20,297 nucleotides of DNA, from the NCBI GenBank assembly GCA_024626585.2, contig JANKJI020000002.1:65179965-65200261 (forward strand). The letters are read 5' to 3'. Below, in pieces: positions 1-12,208 of this stretch. The number at the start of each line of letters is the position of its first letter. The first letter of the stretch is position 1. The notes under the pieces are model-generated. The model had not been told where the DNA came from, did not search any database, and was given only the letters and a program-made list of their open reading frames with translations. The position numbers and the translations under genes were made by a program. The DNA is from Ginkgo biloba. Taxonomy: Eukaryota; Plantae; Ginkgophyta.

Positions 1-852
1 GTTAATGGATATGTGAAAGATGGGGGTGAAATAAGAAGACTAAATGATCATTACAGGTGGCACCATCATGGAACGTCTAGGTCTGTAGCCTTTTAGGGAT
101 TTCCTTTTGTTTCCTTTCTTACGTATCTGAGAGCTCTTGAGATTATGATAGGTGGAATTATCTTGAGATCTCTAGTTCCAAATCCTTTTATCAAGTTATT
201 TTGACTCTTTTCTTTACCATGGGAAGGGGGTAATGGGTTAAGGCAACTTGTCATGCCCTTGGGATCTCTTACACCCATAGGCCCTTTCACCATGTTTCTC
301 AAGTGTTGAACTACTATGAGATTGGGAGTCATGGGATCCCATTATGTGGTATGATCTCAGGACTCCTAGGGATCGTGGACCCTCCATCGAGTATTTAGAG
401 TCTTCCTTCATCCTCAGAATGAGATGATAGGATAAATTCGCTTGTCACGTCCTTATAATTCCTCATGCCCATGGACTTTTGAAATTAGTTTCTTGAGTGC
501 TAAACCACTAAGAGAATGGGATTTATGAGATTGAGATGTGTGGCATCATCTCATGATCTTTGGGGCTTAGGCCCTTCTATTTAACTTCACCAAGTATTTA
601 GGGATGCTACGGGGAGAGGACATTTGAGATCTTGCCATGTGGTTGCATCTCGTACGCTTTGGAGCCTATGATTAACAACACTTCACAAAAAACTCATGAA
701 AAACATAATTTCATACAAAATAAAATGATAACAAAAGAAAATGAACACAAAAGAGTGCCACATGGATAACTACTAGTGAAGTATAGGTTCTTCTCAAAAT
801 ATATTAAGGAATTATTGTATATTTTGACTCTATTATGCACGATTTTTCTCTA

Positions 853-1112
853 GAAGCTCTAGTTTTTGTGGGGAATGCAATAAAGACTTATTGTGGGACC
901 TTGAGACAATGTGCAAAGGTGAATTAGCCGATGATGGGGATTCTTATGCATATGGAGGTTAAATCCATTGACCTAGAGAGTCTTAGGACTAAATGTTAGG
1001 CCTAAGAATATTATGAAAATAAATATTAGGTCCTTATGTAAAAGGATCCATATCCCTTAAGAAAAAGGAGGGCCCTCACTTTGTGACCAAAGTGGGCATG
1101 TTGGGAAAAAAA
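853..1112. repeat. ~260 bp dispersed direct repeat, copy 1
   Basis: Colinear with 2381-2641. Shared blocks include GAAGCTCTAGTTT, TGGGGATTCTTATGCATAT, ATCCCTTAAGAAAAAGGAGGG and CACTTTGTGACCAAAGTGGG. Identity is roughly 80% by eye. Confidence 0.9.
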
Positions 1113-1218
1113 GAATGGAGACTCACATGAGGAAACACTCCTTAGTGTTTTAGAACTCATAATTTTTGGTTAACTTTGTAGATCAGAGGAGGATACTGAC
1201 GTGGGGGTGCGACGACGA

Positions 1219-1230
1219 GCTCTGATACCA
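1219..1230 (-). mobile_element. LTR retrotransposon primer-binding site (tRNAi-Met)
   Basis: The minus strand reads TGGTATCAGAGC, the canonical 12-nt complement of the plant initiator tRNA-Met 3' end. Confidence 0.85.
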
Positions 1231-2380
1231 CTAAAGCCGCCCCACGCTGCTCTACATAGGATCTTTGGGCTGGTGTGTGTATTTATGTGATTTCATTTAT
1301 CCTTCATAGAAAATCTTATATTGGAGTGGAAAAACTTTTTGGGTGAATTCTTTTCAACTAATAATGGAAGCTTATACATTCTCTATTGTTGATTAGGTGT
1401 TCATATCCCCAACAAAGTCACCTCTGGTTCTTCTCTAAGCCTTGCTCAATTTCCATTCGAGCGTCTATAGCCCTAATGGAGGTTGCTCGAATTGCTTATT
1501 CTTAAGGAAGGGATTTTAGGAAATTTATCATTGCATGTGCACATAGGTATATATGCATCTTATACTATTCATTCTATTTGGATTTCCCTTTTAGAAATCT
1601 TATACTTTTGATTGTAGGTTGGGAACCACTACTAGCCTCATTCTTTAAGAATTGGTAATGACTCAGTACATTTAAATTTTCCTTTCATCATTTTCATAAA
1701 ATTTGTAAGTTTTAGTGCATATTCATGNNNNNNNNNNNNNNNNNNNNNNNNNNNNNNNNNNNNNATCCACCTAATAGTTTTGAGGTCAGCTTCCATTTTT
1801 AATCACGGAAAGACATTAGTTCTAATCAGGGTAACCTTCTCAGACAGACAAGATAACTTCCTTTCTAAATCCCAACACTAAGGATCACCATCCTTCCATG
1901 TATGGGAGGCATATTTCTCATATTGTTGGATGCTCGGGGGATTTATTGGTGAGGGTCAACCCTAGAATGGTTTGTATTCTATTGAAAATAAACTAGCTTA
2001 TTCTATCTCTAAACCAAAAGAAAATCAAACTTTGGAATGAGTGCATAACATAAAATTAACTATGAAAAGAAAAGTAATTGGAAATAAACTATCCTACTCT
2101 ATTTATAAGTAGCTACTTACTTGATCACTCAAATATGGATGGGTATGGTACAACCATAAATTAATTCTTTAGATGTTGGCCATTGACTGGTAGAAGTAGA
2201 TCCCTTCCTGATAGGTCTTTTAATCTAAAGGTATTATTTCCCAAGATCTCAAAAATCTAATAGGGACAGACTAAGAGNNNNNNNNNNNNNNNNNNNNNNN
2301 NNNNNNNNNNNNNNNNNNNNNNNNNNNNNNNNNNNNNNNNNNNNNNNNNNNNNNNNNNNNNNNNNNNNNNNNNNNNNCAT

Positions 2381-2641
2381 GAAGCTCTAGTTTCTACAGG
2401 GCATACAAGCAAGACCTGTTGTAGGACCTTGAGGTGATGCACAAAGATGAATTTCTTGATGGTGGGGATTCTTATGCATATAGAGGTTAAATCCATCAAT
2501 CTAGAGAGTTTCATGACTGAAGCTCAGGCCCAAGAATATTATAAAAATACAAATGAGGTCCTTGCACGAAGGATCCACATCCCTTAAGAAAAAGGAGGGA
2601 CCCCCACTTTGTGACCAAAGTGGGGCGTGTTGGGAAAAAAA
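2381..2641. repeat. ~260 bp dispersed direct repeat, copy 2 (left end at an assembly gap)
   Basis: Colinear with 853-1112. Differences are mostly C/T and G/A transitions. Confidence 0.9.
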
Positions 2642-4654
2642 TGACTCCAGTTGTTATTATCCATAAGGAACTTATTTATAGGACTGAAGATTGGTATTCC
2701 ATACAACATTGCATCCATAAGACCATAAATGACTCAAATTGGCCTTTATTCATCTGTAAGGATTAAACGCATAATGGATAGAGTATGGTTTTTTCTCAAA
2801 TCTTACAATTACAGGCACATCGGCCCTCCAAAATAAACAAAAATTAAATATATATGAAAGATTCATAGGATGCTGGATCCTAAATCACTAGGCTAGGCTA
2901 AAAATGGTTCTCTTAGGAATAAATTTCTCTTCATAGTAAGCTCTAAGGCTCCCAACCTCTACATGTTGTATAACCTACCAAGCTTCTCCAAGAGTCTACT
3001 AAAAAAACCTTCCAAGTAACTCCAAGAATCTTCTCCTTTTTCCCATGACTTTTCAATCTGATCTAAAAAATCTTCTCTTAAATATGTCCTCTCATAAAGT
3101 TATGTAAGTTGCAACTTTTAGAAAATTCTAAAAAATTGTTACAAGCTTGTAAACTATCAGACAATTAATAAACATTTTATCATTCATATATATTAAAAAA
3201 ATTTGGAAGTCCATATCTATTTATAAATTGTATTGAATAAAATTTGAATTCCATCATTAAAATGGATTTAAAAATTTGTTGACATGGCATTTAGTGTGTA
3301 GGGTTAACATGTGGGGTATCTCAAGGAGCTCGCCATCAATTGTGCATGATGTTGACCCATAAGTGCATTATAGTTTTGTCCTGGGGGCATTGAGAAATTT
3401 CCTCTACAGTTGGATCTACCCTTGTATAGTGTTTAGTGTGTTTTCCCAAATAATAGTGATCACAGTACTCCCAGAGTGAACCAATAGAAATGCTCGAGAA
3501 TACCTTAGGGGCACAAGGATAAAGTTTGTAGTTTTGTAGGAGCCTACCACATGTTGATATTCTGGGATAAGTTCCCTCTTAGTGTTTAAAAGGAGTGATG
3601 TTTTTATGCCAAGTGTTACCAACTCTAGGATTCATGAGATCATGCCACATGGTGTGGTTTTGTGACTCCCTTTCTCACAATGATTTGGCACTTGGGAAAC
3701 AGGCTAAAAAAGGTGTAGGTGTGAGAGGGTCTGAGGAAGTGACACATGTTGGTATTTCATTAAGTCTCCCCTTGTAGTGTTTTAGAAAGTGTTTTGAAAG
3801 GGGGGATTATGGTGGGATCCCAAAGGTCCTACAATGATGACAAGTGTTCGGGGATCCTCCCCTCAAGGATCACCTTTAGTTTCAAAAGGGACCACGGGGC
3901 CCTACCCCCTCATGCCACATCTCAAGAGGTTTTCAAAGGGACTAGCCAACAAAAGTTTATGAGCCTAAAAGATTGCTTAATCACACCATATAGCACGATC
4001 ACATGAGTTCTCAAGGAAGGCCAAAATTGCATAATGAGGAAAATAAAGAGAGAATGACATCACGCCAAAAAAAATATGCCAAGCACCAAAATGCANNNNN
4101 NNNNNNNNNNNNNNNNNNNNNNNNNNNNNNNNNNNNNNNNNNNNNNNNNNNNNNNNNNNNNNNNNNNNNNNNNNNNNNNNNNNNNNNNNNNNNNNGAGGC
4201 ATTTTAAAATGGGTAACATGTACACAGGATCAAAAATACTAATCATTATTGATAGGGATATTATATCCCTATTGGGCCTCCTTGATTATGGAAGTATGGT
4301 GGCTCCCCAAGATAAAGAAAATAATATGAACAAAGACAAGATCTATGAGCTTATGTTCATAGGAAAAATAGAGTCATAATCACTTTAATAGGTTCATTAT
4401 TTTCATTATTACTAACCTAACTAGGTTATGGGATGTACATATTCTAGCCAAGAGATTGGCTTACAGAGAAGTGATAATATGCATAATCATACAATGGATA
4501 ACATTGATTGCCCTTGTGGCCTTGGAGGATGCCTTCAATTAGGCTAAGTGGTATGAAAAATAGTTTACAAGTTTTGCACCATGACTCTGTAATTTGGTAG
4601 ATACTTCGCATCTTCATTGCTCTTGTATTTAATGGATATGGATTTAATTGAGAG

Positions 4655-4910
4655 GCAAAATTGGGTTGATTCAATAGTATTGACTTGGTGTTGGGTGTAT
4701 GTATGCTTTAGAGAGATATATGCAATATACAGATGATGATGAAGTGGCATTAGTCTCTTCATTTAAATTGTTCTATTTTACTCAAATGTACACCCTGGAC
4801 GATAGGCTAGAGAAGGCCACTTTATTGTTGGATTATATTAAGGTCCAGTGGATGGAAGTGGAATTCAATGATGCAATTTATAGAGATAATTTCTATTTCA
4901 AAGGTTGACC
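4655..4910 (+). mobile_element. Degenerate Ty3/gypsy gag remnant
   Basis: A frameshifted reading KLG*FNSID..(WV)YALERYMQYTDDDEVALVSSF resembles the gag motif FdGxD..WI..xE.YF...dD.KV.LAS. Confidence 0.4.
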
Positions 4911-7900
4911 TGACTACCATCATTCCATCACCTTTTAGCCATTAAAAGGGATGATTGAGGAAAATATATCTAAAATAAAGAAAGTCATTCTACAGCCTGT
5001 GTGATTCATATATCCATTTGTGAGCTTAATGCCAATATGCCACTCATCTCTCTACTACAATATTGGGTGCGGTTCCAACATCTAGCAACAATTTGGTCTT
5101 AATATCCTAATTCCACTATTCTAGATTATTTATTATGGCCTATAAAATTGATCAAAGTAAAAATCTAGGCCACTGAGGTAGATCCTATAGCTAAGAAGAA
5201 GTTTTTCATCTATTTATGACCTCTTTGGTAGTGTAGCCTAGCTCATTGATGTGTTAGAGAGAAAGCAAACTATTCCTAAGAAATAAATAGTGGTTGTCAA
5301 GGCTTGGAAAAGGTAATAACAAGAAGTTCAAGATTAGGAAAGTTCATCACAAATTATTCCCCATATACTTCTATGACTATCAACTTCATTGTCTATAAAC
5401 ACTTTAAGACCCCCCTCACTAGGTGCAATAAATGTGTTGGTTACTTCTCGTATGACGTAAATAGTTGTGACCACCATGACATTAGGATATATTAACCTAC
5501 TTCATCCTCCAACCTTACCCTGATGATGATTGTGCTCTCTATACAAGCTATATGATCATCATTACTATTATCCATTTATGTCCCTTGGGACTAATGGATG
5601 GCTAGTTTTGAAGCTAGCATGCTTTCGACCAACATTGACCTCACAAGGGTCACGTTTGTCTAACTGCCAGCATTAAGAAAGGATAGAGAAAATCATAATG
5701 GTCAGTTTCAACCCCAGGTTTCCCGAGGGGGTCACTAAATCTTTTTTGTATATACCACGTGCATNNNNNNNNNNNNNNNNNNNNNNNNNNNNNNNNNNNN
5801 NNNNNNNNNNNNNNNNNNNNNNNNNNNNNNNNNNNNNNNNNNNNNNNNNNNNNNNNNNNNNNNNGAAGGATTAAAGAGAAGTGTAAGGGTTAGTTTTATC
5901 CTACCTTAGAGATCATTGAAGGACTAGTGATTATCTACTTCACCACCGAATTGATTATAGGTTTGGCAATAGAACTTACTCAACAAGTTACAAAAATTAA
6001 GGATGCGTTGACGATCTAAGATAATATGTATAAGAAGGAGATGATAGACCTAAATAAATCACTTATATTTTTTATAGGAGACATGCAGACCATCACCCAA
6101 GTCCCCACTATCAGGATGCCTTTGTTTATTACTAAGGGATGTGATGAGTTGAGATCTTATTGGCATTCCCTTAGAATGTTGTCTATTGCCCTAGCATCAA
6201 CACGAATGACTTCAAACCCTTAGAATATGGCTCAACATGATTAGTATAATGAAAAATTACAATTCCTTAAGGGAAACATCGCTGGATACAAAGATTAATT
6301 ATGATTCATTCAATAATAGTGAGATAGACTCAAGGAAATGATGTCCATAATTAAACATGAGGCTAGAAAGAAGGTCGTAGTATCCATGACCAAGGTAAAG
6401 AATGAGCAGGTGTTATATTTTTGCAAGAGATGGTTGTCAAAGATCATATGGATGAGGTGGTTGCATTAATCATTATGATAATCAGCAAGGATACTAATGT
6501 TAANNNNNNNNNNNNNNNNNNNNNNNNNNNNNNNNNNNNNNNNNNGATGCAGTAGGCCACATTAACAAATCAATCTTAGTAGTTAGTATTAGAACAAGTG
6601 GCTAAAGAGAAATCTACAACGACATTTACCTTAGTAGTCACCATGCTAAAGCACGTAGGCGTCCTATGGGAATAACAAGTTGATGCTTTCTGATAGATAT
6701 AGAAATTCTAATCCCTAATTAAGGAAATGGATCAAGATATATAGTGGTCAATCTTGCTAGAAGGGTCAACAATTATTACAAAGAGAGAAGCCTTAGATAC
6801 TTTGGCCCTGCTACAATAATCTAAGAGAGAAGTGGTTAAAGTACACATATATCTAAGACTGGCTAAAATTATATTGCAATAAGCTTTGGAGTTTAGAGAA
6901 GGACTATCTATTATACCTCCATGAGCTTCCTCTATATTAGTGGCATTGGTAATGCAAATAATAATTGTCATTATTGCCTCATCTATCATATCGTGAACAC
7001 CTAAACTTCTATTAGGATTTATTATGTTGTTGACATCATCCATGCAAGAACCAATAATGTTGCTAGAACTTATAGAATCACTAGACCCTATTTTGGTGAG
7101 CCCTTATGTATCGCCTATAGTATAACCTCCCTGTAGGTCTCATATCTATCCACTCATCATTTCTTTGTCACTTCCATCCCCACCTCCTCAAGTTACACAT
7201 CTCTTCAAGGTTCATGTAACTTAAAGTCCTAGAGTAATAAGAGATCTAGATTATCCCATTGTTTACAATAAGGAGTCATATTCAAAATAATATGTATCTA
7301 TATTCTGTTGGATTTATTCCAAAGTAAATTAATATTCTTGTAAAAAGTCATTGGGATTCGAAGGGTTAGGAGGAATGGCAAGGGTCTAGGATGTGAAGAG
7401 TCTATCGGAACTGAATAGTCATTGTAATATCTTTATATTGGAGATGTGTTTAGTGGTTAGGCATCTGTTCCCGGTCAGAGCAAGTTTTGGGTGCCAGTTT
7501 GAAGTGTAGTAAGATGGTAGCACCATGTTGATGAAATATTATTTCTCCAATGTTGTTGTGATTGTTGTGGTTGTGTTGAGATCCTTGACCTTCGTGAATT
7601 TTAATATATTCACCGTTCAATAAATTATAACTTTTCCAAGCACCTCGAATGCCATCATAGTTAGTTAGGCATCAACACTTCCTATCAAAACTAGTGCTTA
7701 TAGGTCCTTACGATCTAGGCTTAAAGTCTCCATATGAAGGTTTGTTTCCTAGAGGATCATCAACAACAAAAAGAAAAATATCTACTCTATTTGTCCATCA
7801 TTGGTCCACAAGGCATAAATTATGATTAGGTGTGCAACTTGCAGTAGTAATTCATTTAACACTTAAGGGTCATTTTTAATAGAACTTACTACTAGAGTTT

Positions 7901-8670
7901 TAGATGAACACAATTAACTAAATCCACACACCTATTTAGAAGATATATATTTTTCAATTTTAAATTATGATGAGAGGTGGATATGAATAAGGTAATAAGA
8001 GAAACAATGAGGTTTTTTTTTTTTAATTTAAGGAGAAGAATCAAAGAGCCTCGTTTTTAAGATTTTGTGCTATAAGTGTTAGAAGAAGTCACTATAATTT
8101 GTAAAGAATAAATATATCCATGTAATGTTTAGAACGCCTAAAGATGGGTCACCTGATGGTCAAAGCTTAAGATCCCTTTTAAGCCTTCAAGGGGNNNNNN
8201 NNNNTTATTACAACAATGGTGGGAAGTTGTCTAAATAAAGTAGAATCAACGCAATTGCTCATGGATGACACCTCTAAGGGTTATCTTCCTCCTTTAAATT
8301 GCATCCCAAAGTGGTTATTTGGGTGGTGTGTCTTCTCATTTGAGTCTTAAATTCTTGATTTCTATTGACCTAAATCCCATTGTGAGTTTTCCCCATCAAC
8401 ATTGAGCTATATAAATTTCTTGTATTATAATCTCATATTTAATACTATTTAATTCTAAACTTAAATATCCTAAGGTTTGTCTCCCAATATTTGACTACTT
8501 TCTTAAGAACCTCTATTAATTTTATTCCTCTCTCTCACAATTTCTACAAATTACTTTTAAAAATCTCTTTAAAAAAAATATAACCATCTTAGTTGCTTCA
8601 AACCACCATTATATTTAGCATGTTTTACCTTGAGATATAGGAGAAGTATTCCAAAATATTATGTCACATC

Positions 8671-8990
8671 TCAGCAGATTACAACATTTAGTAGGGAAAA
8701 ATTCAATTTAAACAAGGATCTTTTAATATAAAGGTCTCTCTTCTTAACATTATTTAATTCTATAATTATAGGAAAAAGATTAGGTAAAGAAGTAGGAATG
8801 AGTCTAACTATAATAAGATAACTCCCTTTAATTTCAAACCTATTATATATTGGAATCTTAAGACTACCTAGTCGACACATGATCCTAGCATTATCCCCGT
8901 ATCAATTACTCTAAGTAAATCTTAGAGAATCATTACTAATCTTCTTTTTTCATATAGAATATTTCACAAAAAGTATCCTCTTCACTCTTA
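8671..8990 (-). mobile_element. L1-type LINE ORF2 endonuclease remnant
   Basis: MCRLGS...IPTSLPNLFPIIIEL...RSLFKLNFSLL matches the APE endonuclease C-terminal pattern (RLDR...SLSDHxPIxL...FKLNxSLL), with the catalytic residues decayed. Confidence 0.6.
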
Positions 8991-9879
8991 CCTAAGTTCT
9001 TTCACCACCTTTCCATGATCATAGTTTAGCTCCTTTTCTATGTTATAATGTATCTAATAGTTATAATCACTAACTACAATATATGCAATATCTTCCAAAT
9101 TATTAGAAAAGCATTCTTAAAATTATTATATCTAAATATAATCATTTAAAGCATATAGAGAGAAAACCCTAAATTCTCATTCACCCAATTATTATTGGAA
9201 CATATAAACCTAATACAAGGACTAGCTCTAGAAGAAATTACAAACCAATATTAACTAGTAAGGACACTTCACCTTTTCATTCCTATGAGAAGGAAGAAAC
9301 TAACTTATAAGCATCTCTCTACATATAATTCAAGTTTGCCTCAAATTAAAATTTTGGAATTAATTTCTTATAAATGAAGAAAGTTAATCCATCTATGAGT
9401 ATGGAAGAAAAACCTAACAATAAAAAATCTTTCAAAACCATCCAACCCCTTCATATTCCATGAAATTGTTTTTATTTTAAACTAGCACCTTCTTTTCTTT
9501 CCAAGAGATTAAACTTAGTGTTGGCTACAACTACTTCCTCATGATTCAATTTAAGAAAATCATCAAATTTCTATAAGGTAAATGGTTCATTCTATCTATC
9601 ATAAACTAAGCTAAACCTTCCACTTCAATCTTCTTTTTTTCTTTAAGCTTAAAAAATTATAATTTATAAACTTTGTGCATCTTCTAAATACTTGTTTTTC
9701 AAATTTTGGAAATCATCATATAAAGAATTATTTTCCTCAAAATAAGTGAAAGAGGAAGATAATGAGGTTGGGATCATTTTCATTCTTTAGTATAAATCTA
9801 TTGATGTTGAGAAGGTGCCATAGAATCAATTTTGGTTTTTATATATTTTTTTCCTTAAGTTTGACACTAAAAAAATAAT

Positions 9880-10250
9880 ATAGATTTTCCTATAGGTTTC
9901 ATAATCTCTAGTGAAATATTCAATAAACCAACATGTACATGTTCAACCTTATCTAAAGAAAGAAACAACTCTATTTCTCAATATCATAATAAAATATATG
10001 GAGACCATTATTTCATGACAAATATATCATGAGCATATTGCCATGCATATGGCTTTAGAACTATTTCAATAATAATCTCATCCTCAAATAGAACTAAAAA
10101 AAAATTATATTTTAAATGACTAATTTTTTTAGTTTAATTCCTCTCAAAATCTAGTTCAATTGTACCCAATACTCTAGAAATTTAATGGAAGGTGACTGAC
10201 ATAAATACTAAAAAACCATCATTTTGATGTGTTATCAATTAATTCATCAA
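9880..10250 (-). mobile_element. L1-type LINE ORF1 remnant (DUF4283-like)
   Basis: The minus-strand reading FFLVLFEDEIIIEIVLKPYAWQYAHDIFVMK*WSP...VHVGLLNISLEIMKPIGKSI matches the plant L1 ORF1 pattern FFLV.F.....VL...PW......LK.WSP...VWV.L. It has many stops, and lies on the same strand and in the correct order relative to the endonuclease remnant. Confidence 0.65.
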
Positions 10251-11093
10251 TTAGGGTTTTATCTAACTCTATAAAATGAGAGAATTTTGTATCTATATTC
10301 TTAGTTGATGTTTTCACTTTCTCATTATACCCATTGATATTAACCCCTTCTTCCTCCACTTCATCATCAATCCCCAAAATTTGACTCTATAATTTAAGAA
10401 ATTAATCTTTTAAGAGAAGAATGTGAAATCTTGGAACTAATTGTGAAAAAATATTCCAAATTAGTGTGTCTATGTTCAGGAATGGGATTGCATGACTTAT
10501 TTTGACCCTTAAAACCTATCATCCCATTTTCTATCCATGTAGAAATACTAACCAATAAAAAATCCTCTAGATAAATTTATGAAGATTAATAATAAAAATT
10601 ATATCATCATTCCCAAAGGTAAAATCCCAAGGCAAGGTTAAGTATGGCATCCCTTAAAGACAACTTGAGAAGAAAGCTTCCAAGTAATCTTAGATCTTCA
10701 CATCTAAGAATTATTAGAGCCCCCAAGATTTTTACCCACTTTTATTATTATTAATGAGCTCTTTCTTATTTGACATTGTATATTGATAGAAAGGATATTA
10801 ATTGCAAATATTATATTAAGAAATTATTATACAACTAATTGCAACCAAATCTGTTCATACATTGGTTTCATAAATAAGTAAATAGAGGGAAGTTATTATA
10901 GAACTATAAAATTATCCAATTAAAATTTAAGAATATAACATCTAGTCACTCTATAATGAGTGGCATTCTTTTCCACTTAACAACATATGAAAACTCCCAT
11001 CCTATAGGTTGGGTTAGAAGTTTTCATCAAAATTAGACCACTACATTACTCCCATATAAAATTTGGTGGAGAAAACAAGATTGGAAAGAAGAT

Positions 11094-11248
11094 ATGGATC
11101 CAATTATCACATGGGAAAACAAATCAATATGTCTTATTTTATGGATTAAAGAATTAGAGATTTATTTTTTCCTTCACCCATCTAGGACAGATGAAGAAAA
11201 AATAGACTTTGCTTCCCGATGCTTGAGTGTAAGACCAATGAAATGGTA
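11094..11248 (+). mobile_element. Ty3/gypsy gag remnant truncated by a gap
   Basis: LILWIKELEIYFFLHPSRTDEEKIDFASRCLSVRPMKW matches the retrotransposon gag motif W..E.E.YF......DEEK..FA...L...A..WW. Confidence 0.65.
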
Positions 11249-11451
11249 NNNNNNNNNNNNNNNNNNNNNNNNNNNNNNNNNNNNNNNNNNNNNNNNNNNN
11301 NNNNNNNNNNNNNNNNNNNNNNNNNNNNNNNNNNNNNNNNNNNNNNNNTGGATCTATATGTCATACATCCTTATTCATTCTAATATGAGCTATCACTTGA
11401 TGTTAACATAACAGGGTTAGATGCAATTGCATATATATCCAACAAATTTGT

Positions 11452-11843
11452 TTAAAATGGATATAATCTTTGTGTACTTCCATCACACATTGCATGTAAT
11501 ATCTTTCCTAGTATGGTCTCCACCTCTCGCATGGTTGGTCGACTCTCAGGAGCTTCAGAAGTGCACCATAGACCAACATGTAATAAATTATCAAGAGTTG
11601 AATATTCATGCATATCTTCTTGACTATCATCATCATCACCTCTATTTATAATATCCTTTGCCAATGCAATTTCAAAGTCATGTTCTTGTCCGTCATCAAA
11701 TGCCTTTGAAACCCACCTTGCCAAGGTCAATCCACCTACGAACATTTCATCAGTTGGCCTCTTTTGTGTGATCATCTCCAACAATAAAATACCATAGCTA
11801 TACACATCTCCCTTTGTCGAGATTCTACCCCCTAGTCCATATT
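11452..11843 (-). CDS. LRR receptor-like kinase, exon 2 (kinase subdomains VIII-XI)
   Basis: Translates as EYGLGGRISTKGDVYSYGILLLEMITQKRPTDEMF...LLHVGLWCT...PESRPTMREV, with stop TAA at 11454-11452. The spliced CDS is 2632+392 = 3024 nt (1007 aa). Confidence 0.95.
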
Positions 11844-12208
11844 CTACAAGCATAAGACAAAGTCGTGATCAATATACATCCTTAGAATATATCACTTGTA
11901 AGTTGCTACATTCCATACAATAGTGTATATTCATGTGTTCAAGAGGTGGAGAGCAGGTATTTTTTATTTTTAAGCAATACCTAGGAAAGAATATATTGAG
12001 AAACGTCCAAATATGCATGTGGGTTCTTTTTTTGTTATTTAGTATGCAACTACGGTAGGCGGTTGTGAGCATAGGAGCTGTTTTGGCCGATTAGCGACAT
12101 GCAACTATGGTGGATGTGTGTGTATGTGAGTTGTTTTGGCAAAACTACTTTAAATAATATGGTAATAGCAAAATATTAAAAAAAATAGCCAATAGTTGCG
12201 AGACATAC
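11844..12208 (-). other. 365-nt GT-AG intron inside the APE codon
   Basis: The donor is GTATGT at 12208 and the acceptor is TTGTAG| at 11844. Splicing restores G|AA = Glu, giving GYFAPEYGLGG. This is the usual single-intron position in LRR-XI/XII kinases. Confidence 0.92.

Larger units (their letters stand above)
1..1250 (-). mobile_element. Degenerate LTR retrotransposon 5' region (LTR end, PBS, leader, decayed internal sequence)
   Basis: The PBS orientation places the internal region to the left. Part of the leader is repeated at 2381-2641. There is no intact ORF, and the boundaries are approximate. Confidence 0.55.

Noticed and set aside
3765-3815. CACTACAAG-like terminus on the minus strand and a PPT-like purine tract
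   Set aside because: These are isolated short matches with no partner terminus or subterminal repeats.
4252-4272. 21-bp quasi-palindrome ATAGGGATAT-T-ATATCCCTAT
   Set aside because: It is a single occurrence in AT-rich TE debris with no supporting context.
5300-7100. Short ORFs (63-103 aa)
   Set aside because: No recognisable motifs; probably decayed TE sequence.
7215-7674. Possible solo LTR (TGTAAC...AATAAA...CATCA)
   Set aside because: No convincing terminal inverted repeat, TSD, PBS or PPT was identified.
12150-12208. C-terminal tail GMSRNYWLFFLIFCYYHII of the 896-aa ORF
   Set aside because: Read-through into the intron past a canonical GT donor.
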